A stretch of 64,000 nt of DNA from Vermamoeba vermiformis (Eukaryota): the NCBI GenBank assembly GCA_045837725.1, contig JBEWZL010000239.1:434001-498000 (forward strand), read 5' to 3'. A program made the position numbers and the translations under genes. Shown here piece after piece: positions 35,682 to 51,038 of the stretch. Below the pieces are notes generated by a model, which did not search any database, was not told the origin of the DNA, and was given only the letters and a program-made list of their open reading frames with translations. Every line of letters starts with the position of its first letter. Position 1 is the stretch's first letter.

Positions 35682-38600
35682 TTACGTCAGCTTGGTGCCC
35701 TGCGGAAACTTTTCGAAATCGAACTTCAAGAACGGATGTTCGAGGGCTTCTTCAGCTGTAGGCCTGAATAAAAAATATCTTGTCAGTTTGATGTTTACGT
35801 AACACATCCATAAATGGAAAATGTCATTTTAACATTCGATTCAATCGGACGAAAATAAAAATTAATTGTGTTACGGCCGTAACACCTATTCAGTGAATTA
35901 AAATATAAAATTGCAATTTCCGGCCCTTTACGTATGCATTACTTAATTTCATTAAATCAATCCTTAACCGACATCCGGTACTAAATCAAATCGTGACGTA
36001 CCTTTCTCTCGCGTTAACCCTCAACAGCCGTGTCATAAAGTCCAAAAACAATGCGTCGTCAGTTTTCAGTCGTCTCCTCAGTGATGATTTCTTCGGATAC
36101 AAGTACTCGACCGCACCGTTCCTCTTGTCGTAGAGCACTGTGAAGTTCTTCGTGAAGTACTTCGCGGAGTACTTGCCACGCTTCAAATACTTTCGGTCTA
36201 ACTGGCCCATAATTCCTACTAGCCTCGCGAGCAGAGTTTGCACAGAGTCGTTCTGGAACAGCACTTTGCCCGTGTAAAGTTCAGCCAATATACAGCCCAG
36301 CGACCAAATATCTATTCGCTGGTCATACGGCATGCCGAGAATGACCTCTGGAGCACGATATGACCGTGATTGGACGTATGTAGACAAGTGGTCCGTGAGG
36401 AAACAACTGGATCCAAAATCGATAACCTTCACTTCGCACCTATTAGGTAAAAATATACTGTTAGTATACGACTGACCAATAGTACAAGGTATGTATGTCT
36501 CGTCTGCTAACGAGTCATAATAAGGTTGGGCTTAATCATACCTGCTGTAGCTACGCATCAACACGTTTTCAGGCTTGAGATCGCAGTGAATGAGGCCGAG
36601 GCTGTGAATGTATTTCAACGCTACCAGGACCTGCCGAGCGACTTTTTGAATGCGCGGCAGAGTGAAGTAGATCTCTTCTCCTGACTCGCGATTGTACTTG
36701 TAGAACTCGTATAAATTCTCCCGCAGTAACTCGCAGACGATAAACAAGTGTTCTTTGTAATAGAAATAATCTAAAATCAAGCATTAGATATGATTGAACT
36801 ACTTATATATCGCACATACCCAACATCTTGATCACGTGGTTCTCTTCGGTATCGCCATTGGCCTTGATGTATTTCAACAGTTTGATCTCGTCCATGGACT
36901 GGTCCAAGAAGTCTTTGTTGTTCTTGATGATCTTCACGCACACCATTTGTCCAGTCATATGATCTAAGCACTGCACGGCACGTGAGAATGCAGCAGAGCC
37001 CAAGTACTCGATGATTTCATATCGGCCTGCAATGACCTCGTGCAGCCTGATCGGGAAGTCACGTGACTCTTCAAAGCCCGTGCGACCTCGCACGTAAATA
37101 CACTTGAGATTGAAGTACTCGTGCTTGCCGCCTACTGTCTCAACAACATTAACTGTCGAGAAATCTGATTCTTCATCGGCTGATTTGAGCTTGTATTGAA
37201 TGCCTTTCTTCGAGTCACCCAACTCCATTTCAAACACTCCACCGGTCATGGAGGGATTGCGTTCGTGTGGTTTCTTCGTTTGCGATTTTTTCAATTTACC
37301 CGACGAGCCTTTTGAATGGTTCAGCGAAGATTCATCGTCCGAGTCATCAGAGTCAAAGTCTTCTTTTGTTTGTTTGAGCACTTGCGACGATAATATTGAC
37401 ACGTCTGCATCGTCATCATCACTATCACTCACTTCACTAAGAGTGCTTTGCAATTCATCCCAATTATCTACTAAATGTCAGTTGTGGCATACTGAAACAA
37501 GTTGAAACACGAAAAAAAGTATATTTACCTTTCACTGGCACGCGCAAATAGCCTTGATCATCGTCATCAGAGTACTCGTCAGAATCAGACGAGCTCTCGT
37601 CATCGTCAGAAGTCGTGTATTCATCTTCGCTATCCTCGTCATCATCTGACCGCACACTGTCAATCAGCCGAGGGTCCACGGAGTGTGTATATGAATTTTC
37701 TTTAATTGGCTTCACTGTGTCTGAAGAAGATGTCGAGGGGTGACTAGTGTATGACGGCGAGGCCACGGAGTGCTGGCTGGACACGGCTGATTGGCTCGAA
37801 GGATGATCACTCGATGAACCTACCGAGCCCGATTGAATTATTTTTGCAAGTGATGGGTTCTTAAGCGCCGCAATTGGTAGTGATTTGTCGGGTAGTGCAA
37901 AAGTTGGAATGGGCGGAATATTGTTCGGAGTGGTCGGGCCCGAAGTCACCGAGCCAGGATTGGAAAATGTTTTCGTTGTGATAATTGGTGGCAATGCTGG
38001 TGCTGGTGTTTGCACGGGCATGGTACTAGTGTTAGTGCCAGGAGCGGGAAGTATCGGGGCTGTAATGGCCGGTGACGAATTTGACTGTGTGGACGACGGA
38101 GGATACAGCGGCACAACTGGCAATGACGGCATTGACGTTGTTGCAAAGTTGTTTTGTGCCTTGGCGCCCTTCGGCATTGACGCGCTGTTAGGACTCTTCG
38201 GCGAGTTCGGATTGGTGTGACTTCGTGTCGCGCGCACTGAGCTATGGCGCGTCAATTGGCCCGTTGTCCTCGGGCTGTGTTGCAAGGGCGGACGCGTTTC
38301 TTCGAGTAAAGAAGATGTGCGCGGTGAACGGCCGTAAGAAGACGGACTAATAGTAGAGCCTATTTTTGGTGTTTCAGAATTATTATAGTCTTTTCTTAAT
38401 TGCGCAAAAGTGTTTGTCAGTCAAGAACGATTGTAAATTAACGATTGTGATTACATATCATATTACTAGTATATTCGCGTAACTTACCACTCTTTCTAGT
38501 TAATTTTTTAACGTCAATCAGCGGGCCGCTCCATGAAAATGTTCGTGTGGCTCGGTGAGTCAAATACCCGGCTGCAAAGAAAATAAGAATTAAAATTCGC

Positions 38601-39424
38601 TTTAGTGACAATTTTATGGAGATATTTATATGGAGACATATGATGGGTCCACGGAAAAATTAGTTTGGCAGCTGACATTGCTAGTTACATATAGAGGCGA
38701 TAATGAAATTTACATTAAAGGCTAAAAAATCAAATAAATAGGAATTTTCAAGTAATTAGGAGAAGATATTTGAATCATGAGGGCTTATTAAATAATTAAA
38801 ATGAATTGGTCTACTCGCTTAAATTTTTTATCGATCGGTCAAGTTTGTGCATGAGCCTTACCTTCAGATTGAGCCGAACGAGGTGTTATAGCTGATAATT
38901 CTTCTTCTTCTGGCACTGCTGTTAATTTAGCTGCAAATGATGGTTGTTCGGGCTGAAGATGTGGATGTGACCGTTTTTGGGCTGGAATACTATCCCATAC
39001 ATCCATTTTCTGCGCTCGTGTGGCATCAATTGGGCTCATAGCTATTAATCCTTCCGACACCAGTACTGCAAGTAATCGAGTTAATTCGTCGTTAAGATCG
39101 AGGATCCAAATAAAATTTATTACAAGCCCGAATTAAATAAAAAAATACTTGAATCAAATATACCTTCAAGACGAGTAGGTTGCTCTTGTTTTCCGAATAT
39201 TGGTGCCTTCTTTGTCGAGTCTAATTGATTGATTGATGAGTAAAATTAGAATTTCTTAGGATTCGTACGATCACAATGTGGACTGTTCCAAATTGCTCGT
39301 AAAATTACTTACATTCTTGCTGTAATATTTCAACAGCTTTAGATAACTTTTTGCTTCGCAGGAAATCGACAACGAGTTCAAAGACGAACTCCTCATCGGC
39401 GACACTAAAATAATCTGCCGACAT
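35682..39424 (-). CDS. DYRK-family kinase, DYRKP-type
   Basis: [49 protein letters not shown]...[11 protein letters not shown]. LisH-like N-terminus and a long Ser/Pro-rich linker. Confidence 0.92.
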
Positions 39425-40106
39425 TTGCTGTCAATTTAATTATCCAACGAGCGTCTCTGTGAGCATATAACAACGCGTGGTGGTTATTAGCGGTCAAATT
39501 TAAACAAAATAAGCCAAAAATAGTAATGGACCAAAAAGAAGCGAGAAAAATTTCGAACTTTGAACACACTTTATGCAACTGTCATGCATCTCAAACCAGA
39601 TTGTCGTCTACCCATATTATCGGACACATAATAAGCCATATTTAACACGATTAAACCGTGTTGCAGGTTAAATTGGGAGTGGATTATCATCCAGGATTAA
39701 CTGACCGTTAAACAGGTCAATTTAGGAAAGAAATAAGGACGATTAATCCGATAGGCGAAGGACCGATCTAATCGGATAAAATTTGCCTAGCAAGCTTTTC
39801 GAAATCCAGCCCGACAATCGGTTGGTAAATTCAATGTAATTCAACTCTATAGAATTGATGCTCGATTAAAACGCAGTATGAATCTTATACTGACGAATGA
39901 AGTCAAATTAAAATTATTTTGCCTTATCGGCTTCTTAATTAACAGGTTAAGAAATTTCGTTAAAAATAATGCCAATTTTTGTGAATTCAGTTGAGCTATG
40001 CAAAGCTAGCAATAGCCTCTGAACTCACCTTAGCCAATTTTTGTTTATATGTAACCATAGCTGCCGGGCTAATGAAAAAAATTGGACGCATCTGATTAAA
40101 CTCATT

Positions 40107-42711
40107 ATGTTGCGTCTTGTACAATCCGCGAAGCTATTCTCCTCAACAAATATTGCTAAGTATGTATGAATAATATGATAATAATATCAATACCAGTAAA
40201 TTGAGTCAAGACGACTTCAGATTATTATTGCCAATTTTTTTAATTGTTTTTTCATTATCTTTAGGTTTGGCGCGAGGAAATTAACCAAGAATAGCATATT
40301 TGGATCATATAAAAATTATAAAAAATATTCTTCAGGGAAAAAGCAATTTACAGAAGCAAAAAATCTCGTGCAAGTCAGATCCGAAAATAATCAGCTTATT
40401 CTCACTTCAGCTTTCAAAAATAATTCATCTTCAACGAGAATACGATGGATAAACAATGTATTATATAGCAACCAATTATTATTACCTGCAGCAGTCATTG
40501 CAACTTCGTCAGATCAAGATGACGATGACAAGTTGATTGAGAAGTTTGTAAATAGTCCAGAATATATCGAATCATTATCTTCATCATATCTTAACAAGCA
40601 AATGACCTTTTGGGAGAAATGGTAAGTCGCAGCATACATCCGCCAAAAAAATAATTTAAAAAATCTTACATAATATTCTAGCCGCTTCATATTCCGTGCA
40701 TTTCTTCGATTTGTCGAGTTATGCATTGTAGCTTCTCCAGCTTTAATAACAGCGCCGTTTGCTCTTCTCTTCCCATCTGCCTTTGCTAATCTGTGGTGGA
40801 AGTTGTTGCGCGTTACACTCGAAACAGCAGGCGCCACGTGGATTAAGCTCGGACAATGGGCTGGTACTCGCCCTGACTTGTAAGAATAGCCGCACACTAT
40901 TATTAGATCTGTCGCTAAAGTATAACTTCCGTTGCTATCTTTAGATTTGATCCGGAGCTTTTAGCGAATATCAGTAGGCTTTGGGATAGAGCACCGCCAC
41001 ATTCATATAGACAGAGCAAAGGTATTGCAGCATTTAATTATTATATCTTTAAACAGCGGACGGCACTCCGAAATATTTATTTTGCCGACGAAGATTTGTG
41101 CGATAAATTCTAATGCAGAAATTGCAGCTATATTTAAAAAGGCCTTCGGACGAGATATTGAAGAGGTGTTCGACGAATTCAGCCCCGAACCTATTGCCTC
41201 AGGTACGTTCACTCAGGATCAATTTTTATTCCTTCCGGATTTATAACATTAATTCGCTGTCCATAACAAGTAATTAGATTTTAACTTGCAATCATTCAAT
41301 AGGCGCCGTCGCACAAGTGCATAAAGCCCGTTTGAAGGATGGACGAGTCGTTGCCGTCAAAATATCGCATCCAAACATTGAAAGCAAATTTGCCGTTGAT
41401 CTGGGTATTATGCGGTTCTTCGCGCGGATCGTAAGTGCATGATTCAATACAATTATGGATATTGCAAGAATATTATGGTGACAATAAGCGGTATACTCAT
41501 TTGTGCGCAGATAACGATTTTACCCGGGATGAAATGGACAGCGATGGATGCGGCCTTAGAACAGTTCTCGAGCACCATGTCGAATCAATTGAACTTGTTA
41601 TTGGAAGGCAAGAACTTGTTGGTTTTCAATAAGAACTTCAAGAACTACAGCAATGTTAAGTTCCCAAAATTAGTGGCAGAACTTGCGTCAAGGTACGGTT
41701 CATGAATAGACTAATGTAATGAATTTATAATGACCGCGATTCGGTACGATAATCATCATCGATCGTAATCATGCTATTTAATACTGACGCGTGCTCGTGC
41801 AATTATATTAATTTTGTGATTCTTTGTCACAGGACCGTAATTGTTGAAAGCTTCGAGCCGGGCGTGCCTATGAATCATTATCTCAAGTCACCGCACCTCA
41901 AAAAAGACAAGCGCAGATTGGCTAGTCTCGGACTTAATGCATACTTGAAGATGATGTTGAAAGACAACTTTATTCACGCGGATCTGCATCCTGGTAAGAA
42001 TCCAATTGATTGGCATCGCCAACAAGAAGTTAATTATTCACGTAACCTTGCAAAAAATTGATCCCAATTTTTGTGATCGTTTAGGAAACATTCTCGTCAG
42101 ATCTACTCCAAAAGAGGATGACCTTGAAATGGTATTTTTGGACGTCGGCTTGATCACCGAATTATCGCCCGCGGACTGGGAGAACTTCAAGGCTTTGTTC
42201 AAGTGTATCGTGGCTGGTGATGGCAAACGCGGCGCCGAGCTAATGATTACCCGTGCGAGACAAGCTAACGTTTCACAAGACGAAAAAGGTATATCGGAAA
42301 GCGAGCAAGTTTTCGTATATTATATGGCCCGTGCCGCCGTAGTTTCCGAAAAGAAATATCCGATAGAAACTAACCATGATTTTATGTGTAGAGCGGTTCA
42401 CAGATGAAATGGATGTCTTATTCAGCGAGATTAGGAAGCAGAGCCTTTCGCAAATCAACGTTGGCCTATTTTTATCAAAAATTTTAACTTTAGTCCGCAC
42501 CTACCGAGTGCAAATTGAGAGCAACTTTGCCACACTTGTGGTTGGCACAGTCCTCCTGGAAGGCGTTGGACGACAATTAGACCCCGAGCTGAACATATTA
42601 GATGTTTCCGTACCATATTTGTTCCTGTCAAGAAAAGCTACGTGGAGAGAAAAGTTACAGATCGCGTGGGATCGGTTCCGCACACGCTACTTGGAACCGT
42701 CTACAAAATAA
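40107..42711 (+). CDS. ABC1/UbiB atypical kinase, ADCK2-like, probably mitochondrial
   Basis: IKLGQWAGTRPDL, PIASGAVAQVH, VAVK, FIHADLHPGN, LDVGL, LEGVGRQLDP. Confidence 0.9.
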
Positions 42712-43031
42712 ACATTTAACTTTAATTAAATCGATAACTCTTCTTAATGAACGCGATGACGTATTGACTAAAAAAGGAGCGCAAAAAACTGGATGAAATT
42801 CACATAGTTGAACCACGTGTCAATAAACTTCGTAAATTTTTGAATTTTCGGCCATGGAAAAATTTAGAGCAGTGCAACAATCGCGTTTCATTTTGTTATT
42901 GTTGTCAACTGTTGCCTATATTTTCGTTATTCTTTCAGCTTGCAGGATTGATTTATTTAACTGCACATGATCTACTATGCGGCAATCTGAACACAGGCAA
43001 TTAATCCGAACCAACTTAGAATTTAATAATT

Positions 43032-46000
43032 ATGAATGATAATAATAGTGCGGAATCACCTTTCCCGAAGAGGCAAAAACTCAGCCACTCAGCTCAATCA
43101 ACGATCCCGTCGTATTTACCTCTGAATTATTATTCTGCGCCACCACAGCAGCCTCAGCCAGTGGATTATACAGTCTATCGTCAAAATAATTACGACCAAG
43201 ATTCTCAATACGCGAGAGCCCCAAAAGAACCATCAAGCAACTTCACATCCGGGCCTGTCGCAACAACTATTTTTCAGAATAATCATAATGCATCTCAGGC
43301 GTATACATCCTATTATTCCGTTCAACAACCAAGCTCAGGAGGAGGCAATGGTTCAGTCGAATGGTACCATGGAAATATGACAGGTCCAGGGCAACCCCTC
43401 TCAAATATTTCATCCGATCCAAACAGTTTAAAAAGTCTAGGCGAGATCGGCCCATCCTCGAACGATTATCCAATGAGCAACGGACCACTCACTTTACGAC
43501 ATCATACAATGGACATCCAGTATCAGCATCACTCTGACACTCCCCATCATAACAGAGCGCACGAGGAATGGATCCAGCAGAAGATTACGCCTTACATGGA
43601 ACCTCATAGCACTACGATGCAATATGGTGGTCCTAAATCAAGCTTTGATCATGGCCCGGCTGCGCAAATCATATCATCTGGTTCACCAAAACAACGACAT
43701 CCAAAACCAGTCGATCCTATGGTATTCGTCGCCGCTGATTTAACTACACTCGGAAACAAGAGCCCGTTCGAGGCGCGCAAATCGCAGATGACAGAATTTA
43801 TTTACTTCTTTGAAAACCCTCAGATACTTGTCAACTCTCAAGCCAAGTACATCCGCAACCAACTGCATCTAGGGTTTATCAAAGGACTCTACGTTGCTGA
43901 GAGCGATTTCTCCGAAGGCGAAGGATGCATTACCCTATGGAAGATGAAGGAGAATAGTATTCCCGCATCTACAGGCAATCCATTTGGAATTCCCATGGCT
44001 CCGATCGCGACCTTTGATCCAGCCGTCATTATTTCCTCGACACACGTTGCAAAACTGATCAGCGACTCACAATATATGTACTGTGCCTCAGGCGGAGATA
44101 ATCTTTGGGTATCCTATTGGGACTTACAGGCGTTTAAAGAGGAGAAATTGCATTTATCTCCGAAACTCGCTAATATGGTAAGTTTTCGATAAATTTTTGC
44201 AATAATATACATGCGCCTTATAATTAGATTGTGTATCATCTACGGTCACGCAACACACATAATCTATCCATAACGAATTTTCTCGATACAATTTAGTGGA
44301 TCGAATTTACGGATTTTTGAATTAAGATTTATTATCGGCATTGAATTCTGATTAAACTATTGCCTTTTACAGAACATCGAAACACCTTGGATTGTCTCTT
44401 GCTTTTATGTCGATGACGAGTATTTATACGTTGCGCTGTCAAAAGGACACATTGTCATAATTGAAAAGGGCTCAAAAAAGATTTGCAAACTCTTAAAGCT
44501 CAAGTCTAATTTCTACGCGCACATCATGAAGAGTGACGATGTCTTCTTGTATGGTAAGCGATAAGATATTATTAGATTACGTACAAAGACTCACAGAATC
44601 TTTTTTTGGTTAAACTTTAGCTGGGTTTTCGGATTCGAGTGTACGACTTTGGTACAAACACAAGAACTGGCGAAAGAAAAAGCAAGTGTGCATGGGTATG
44701 TTGTGCGATCGCTCGACATTTTGCCTGATTTAACGAATCTTCAGACAAAAATGAGAAGAACCACATCCGCGGCATTGAAGTGGATGCGGAGTCGGTTTAT
44801 TTGGCTTACAATAGAGCCATTCATGTGTTCAAGAAGAGCAACAAGACGATCTCAGAGTTTACTTCACTGAAGCTCGATTCTGACTTGTTCTCGATGAGCT
44901 CAGACCGCGATTACCTGCTTTTGGGTTACCGAGGTAAAGCTTTGAAAATTTAGTTTTCCTTTTATGGATCTGAATACATTGCAACTATTTAATGGCAATT
45001 TAATTTAAATTCTCACACTTTCGTGCAATAGGACGAATAGAACTACGTAACAAGACGACACTCGGCGTGGTGCGAGTAATTCAAGTCAAAAGTTCCAACC
45101 CCATCCGCTCACTCACCGTTGATGACAAGTATATTTACGTTGACAGGTATGATCTAAACTACCATTCACAACTAAGGTCGATATTAACTTCGTCTTATTT
45201 CTACCAGTTATCCCTTGCGTGTCTTTGCTCGGGAAAACCTAATGGAAGTCGCAGTTCTTGGCGAGGAGCTCATGCGGTGCGTCATTATTGCATCTAACTA
45301 TGAACATATATACTAATATTTATCGTAGACCGAATCAAGTTTCCGCCGCCGGAATACGAACAACTTGGTCGGATTCAACTCTAACCATTGGCGGTTGCAG
45401 AAACGGATTCGTTTATATATGGCGGCGTAGATCGAATTCGCTAGCAGCTTGTATACCTCCGCCTACGTCTGTCGAACAAACGATGTTTATGGTAAGTATC
45501 TCGTCCCTACTTTATAGACATCCAACTGAAGAATTCGATAAATTTTAGCAAAGTAATATTTTCGACAATATGGTCACTGCAATCGCTGCCAATTCCGCAT
45601 ATATCTTCATCGGATATTATGGCGGTCTCATTCGGGTGATTGACAGGGCAAATCTCAATTATGACACCTTGCTCTTGCTGCCAAACTTTGATCAACAAAA
45701 TAGACACAAGATGAATAAGTAAGTACCTCTAGTGTCATATAAAACCTTTTTACTAATGAATTTGCCATAGGCGAAACATGTATATAACCAACATTTTTGC
45801 TGACGATAAGATTCTCGTCACCTCCTTCGCTGACGGTAAGGCGACCGGAAAACTCACAAGCTTATTTCCGATCTAATATTAATACAGGTCTTGTTCTATT
45901 GTCCCTTTTTGGCTCTATAGTGTTTGGAACGTCTCCAGGGTACCAACAAAACTTCAGCAACAGCTATGTTCTGCACGAACAAAACTCTGGAGATCGCATG

Positions 46001-46927
46001 GAAATTTCCTCACCTCATACTGACGGTGCATCACATCGATCCGATAGTAATGCATTTAAGACACTGAGGAATGGAAGTCAGTTGTTCGTAGCGTTAACGA
46101 GTGGGCACATTGTAGTATACTTGTTGGATGTGAGTCCACGACGTATGGCTGCGTTACCGTGTGGGCAATACACCAGTAACTCCAGCTTCTATATTGATGA
46201 CCACGTTGTATATTTCTCAACGCAAAACGAACACAATCAACCAGTCGTTCGGATGTGGCGACAACAAGGCCTCGCTGAACTTCCTTCGCTAATGTAAGTC
46301 AAGACCAATGTATTACAATTCAGTACTAATAATTATAGTACAAATCATTCGGATCCTGTTTACACTATGTTCGCGGATAAGAACTTCTTGTACACGTGCT
46401 CAAAGTTTGGCGAACTGCGCGTGTGGAACAAAATGCATAACTTTGAACTGGAACATATTGCCAGGTATGAAAGGCGCTTTTCTTATATCGCCGTATGATC
46501 TAATAATGGTTTAAGATGTAATTGGCGTGAAGTCGAGAGTTTGTCGCGGATCCCGTTCAACATCCTAATCAAAGAAGACTTACTGCCAGCGTACTGCTTG
46601 GCCGAATCGAAAAACGTTGATTGGCGCGAGATTAAGGTACGTCTAGTTACCTTAATAAGCTTTAATCGCTAACGTTCGGTTTAGTCGCGCGGAGAATCAG
46701 AGGCAACGTCGATATTGCCTCCATTCAGTGTTAATGACAGCTCGGTAGTAGTTAGTAGAGTGCCAATTTCGCTAAAACAACACTACGGAAGCACTGCAAA
46801 CATCATAGAGCAAGAATCGGGTCTGTTAATAGTACCTGGAGTCAATGTACTGGCCAGTCCATCTGGATCTCTCAAGACATTCCTCCCGGGTTCCTTGGGG
46901 TCTGTTGAAGGCTTACCTAGTAAATAG
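43032..46927 (+). CDS. Beta-propeller (WD40-like) protein with a low-complexity N-terminus
   Basis: Repeated units such as DDVFLYAGFSDSSVRLW, GCRNGFVYIW and KNFLYTCSKFGELRVW over many exons. Confidence 0.7.
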
Positions 46928-47306
46928 AATACAAAACATTATTTATTTGTTCATAATGAAATAAAATTGAATCATACAATGCAAAATATACGGTTGCCGC
47001 CTTTTTTATTGGGATCGAGCCTTTCTCTAGGAATGCTAGGAAATTCTTGCCTCCCTAATTCATTATTTTTGATTGCCAAGACAGAGTGCAACAGGAGATC
47101 ATTTAAAATATTATGAATCGATAGCCAAATCATCCAGAACTCGAGGTAAGCATGCGTTACACGAGCGCTCGAGATCAAGCAAGACTCAACTCATAAAGGC
47201 CATAATATCAATATTTAATAAATTATGACCGCTCATTTTATTATTTTTAGGAGATATTTGTCGAGAGTTAGAGCCAGAGAAAATTTTTTTGGATTTAGAT
47301 TTGAAA

Positions 47307-50300
47307 ATGAATTTAACATTAGAGCAACTGTCTCGCATGGAAAAAAATCGTTTGGCAGCATTGCAGAGGCGCGAAAAAAGTATGATTGATGTTCAAGTCG
47401 ATTTTACTTACCCAGATGTTCGAGATCAAGAACCTCCTGTTGATTTCCAACCGCTGCGTATGAATAGACCTCCTCCACCACGTACCTCGCCGACAAAACC
47501 AAATGCTATTGAGCCAATGATTGAACCTCAGGCGTTCAACGAAGAGTCACCGTCAAAACAACTGAGCCAAGCCATGAAACAAAGCAAAATATCGCAGTTT
47601 CTCGTCAAGACAGAACTACCGCCGCACCAGCCCATCAATATATCAAAGAGTGATCACTCGCCTAATAAAGAGATATCACCTAACAAAGTCAACCAAAAGC
47701 GTTCTTTGCCTGACGATGACCAGATCTCACCCAACAAAAAGTCCAAGACAGAAGCGCAAACCTCTCCCTCGACACCAGTCTCGAACAAATCAGCGCCATC
47801 ACAGACTCAAGTCTTCTTCTCGTTGACGAACAAGAGTCCCTCTGGTGGATCCGCCAAGAGTTTCTACGACGAGCTGCACTCCAGTGGCCACGAAGACTTC
47901 AAGCAAGTTGATTGGTCGATGGACAGTGAGCCCACGCATGACAGCGCGGATTCAGAGTGGATCAACGTCAAGTCTAAGCGGAAGTCATTGCCGAGAAGTG
48001 ATAGTGAAGACATGGCAGTGGCAGCGAGCTCGTTGAAACCAGCGATGAACAGATCCTCGAGTGCTCTGTCTGCAAACTCAGAGGACAACGAAAGCAGCAT
48101 GAAGTCATTGGTAGACACGTTTTCATTCGGCGATGACTTTGACACCGAGGACAGCAACCAGAACTCATTGCCACAAACGACGCATCAGAAACCTGAACCG
48201 AAGAAGAAAAAGAGACGGTCGTCTGCCGGTGCACCAACGATAACAAAGATGTTCTCGCAAATACCCGAAGGCTGTACTCTTATTGGAACAAGTGACGAAC
48301 TGCGAGAGTTTAGCAAGAAGTTGCAGGCAGCCGACAGAGTTTGTTGGGGAGTCACGTGGAAGAACGACACTACTAACTTCCGCATCAACAGAATGGTAAG
48401 AATAACGGTTAGTAGTAAGTATATCCCGTGTTAATTGCAAATTTTAGGGAAAGAAGGCAAACGAAGAAGACATTTTGAATGTCAACGAAGAAGTCATTGG
48501 AGTTAGCTTCTTGGTCGATAAGAAAGAAGACCTTTATTTCTTGAACTTCGAAGAGACTGGCACTGACTTCGACACGTTAAAGTGGCAAATATTGCGAGAG
48601 TTTGTAGAGTCCAAATCGACCTTGAAGGTCTGTTACAATACTCAACGCAGTCTCTTCCCTCTCTTTACACATTTTCCTTATTACGATGGTACGTCTTTAT
48701 GATTTGTTGCTCACGTTTGCTAACCATAAGTAGTTGAGCCAAGCAACCTCTTTGACCCTAAAGTGGCCAGCTGGGTCGTTGAGCCGGAGCTTGACAAACA
48801 AAACTATGACTTCCCTGAGCTCGTATTTTTCTTTCTACGGAAGATCTTGAACATCCCTGACCTCAACAGTCAACACATTCAAAAGGATCTCGTGTTATGT
48901 GACGAGCTTGCAGATCATATCAAGGGCCTATTGCAGCAACAACAATTGATGTCCGCGTTCTATCACGAAATGACCGTTGTTCCTATTATGACCCGTATGG
49001 AGATAGAGGGCATTGGGTTCGATAAGTTATTCTTGCAACAATACAGACAGAGTCTCTTGGTACGTTAAAAGTGCTACTTGGCTTGGCTAATCCGCTTGCA
49101 GAATCGATTGGATGAGTTACAACGGCAAGCTGAGGCGATAGTTGGCCACCCTGTTTCATTGATGAGTCCCAAGCAAGTGTCGGAAGTAATCTATAACGAA
49201 CTACAGCTCGTGCAAGAAGGCTCTAAGGCGAGCATGACCGCGTCCAAGAAGCAAATGTCAACGTCTGAGAAAGTGCTTAAAAGCTTAGGCGAGAAGCACG
49301 CGTTCCCAAACATTGTACGCGAGTACCGTCATATTCAGAAGCACTTGTCGAACTGGATTGACTCACTGGAGAAGTTCGTCGATGCTGTAAGTCCGTACCA
49401 CACTTGTTCTATTTCTAACAGTTGCAAGAATGATGAGCTGGGTCGCATTCACACTCACTGGATGCAAACCAATACAGCAACCGGAAGATTCGCTTCCATG
49501 GCTCCAAACCTCCAGAATTTGCCTAAGAACGCTCTATTTTTGACGTTGGATGATGACGAGGACCAAGAAGAGGGATGGCAAGATGATGAAGAGGACACTG
49601 AGGCCAAGCCCAGCGAAGGACAATCGAGTGTACACGTGAACATTAGAAACGCTTTCTGTAGCAAACCAGGGTATGTGCATCGATTTATGTCAGTATTATC
49701 TAATATTTTGCGCGCAGATATACTCTCTTGGCTGCCGATTACTCTCAGATCGAGTTTCGTATTCTCGCACACATGTCCCAAGATCGTCACTTGCTTGACT
49801 TCTTTAACAGCAATCAGGACATCCATAGTCAAATCGCTAGCCGTTGGCTCGCTAAGCCTATAGAGCAAGTCACAAAACAAGAGCGTGATTATTCTAAGCG
49901 CATCGTTTACGGCATTTTGTACGGCATGGGCGCTCCTGCTCTTGGAGGCATGTTGAAGATCTCTGTAGGTCAAGCTGAGAAGTTTATTAGCACTTTCTTG
50001 GGCAAGGTGAGTTGCTACTTTCTCGAGTTGTTACAGTTACTGACACTCGCTTAGTTCCCGAACGTTGCTCAATTCTTGGACATGACCGTCAAACGTGCAC
50101 GAAGAACTGGCGAAGTGCGAACGCTGTTGAACAGAGTCAGAAAGCTGCCTGGCATTAACAACCAAAACGTTGCGATTGCAAAGCGAGCAGAGAGACAAGC
50201 AGTCAACTCGGTGATTCAAGGGTCAGCTGCTGACTTGGTCAAGCTCGCAATGATCAAAATTGACAGTTTGATCAAGAAGAACGAGAACGGCATTGGTAAC

Positions 50301-50896
50301 AGCAGACTAATGCTTCAAATACACGACGAACTGGGTACGTTATCGACCCTTATTTGGACTTAAACTAACGGAATTGTAGTCTTCGAAGTTGAAGAGAAGT
50401 GTCTAGATCAAATGGTTGAAGTTGTCAAATCAGCCATGGAGAGCGTGTTCACGGACCTCTTAGTGCCGCTGACTGTCACAATGTACGTAGCTTACTATCG
50501 TCGTGAGGCATGCTCTAATAGTCTCCTGGTAGGTCGAGTGGCAAGCGATGGGGCGATTTGAAGTCTATCGATTTGACTGAAGTGAAGCCTATTGAGCTCG
50601 CAGCAGTGCAAAAGCCTGCAATAGCACAACTTCCAAAGCAAGAACTTGTTACGCCGAAAGTTGAGCCGGTGGCGGTAAAGGTTCAAGAGCCAATCAGGAA
50701 CGAGGTCGCCAAGCCAGCTGTTAAGGAGCAGAAGCCAGTTGTCAATCAAAGCAACCAATCAGAGCCCTCTTCGAGCCTTGGTGATGTCGAGTTAGAGTCC
50801 ATATTGTCCGAGTTCAGCGTGCCTGAAGGAGAAGACTTGCCCGATGACGCAGAATTGATGTCAATCTTTGACATGTGTAAAAATAACGGAATGTAA
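47307..50896 (+). CDS. Family A DNA polymerase, Pol theta/nu-like, without a helicase domain
   Basis: TATGRFASMAPNLQNLP; motif A AADYSQIEFRILAH; motif B RDYSKRIVYGILYGMG; motif C LQIHDEL; acidic insertion before IRNAF. Confidence 0.92.
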
Positions 50897-51038
50897 ATAG
50901 ACCCATTACAGCGATTGAAAACTTTTATTTTCGTTCTGGTTTTGTGTTGCTGCATCCCCTTTTTTGCGTCCGTTTTTGGCTGTTTGTGGTTGTTCGTTAA
51001 ATTTAGTTTTTATCATTAATTGGTTGACCACGATAGCC

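Noticed and set aside
37500-38300. Long overlapping ORFs opposite the kinase linker, and similar ones opposite the polymerase and ELP1
   Set aside because: Antisense shadows of low-complexity or codon-biased exons.
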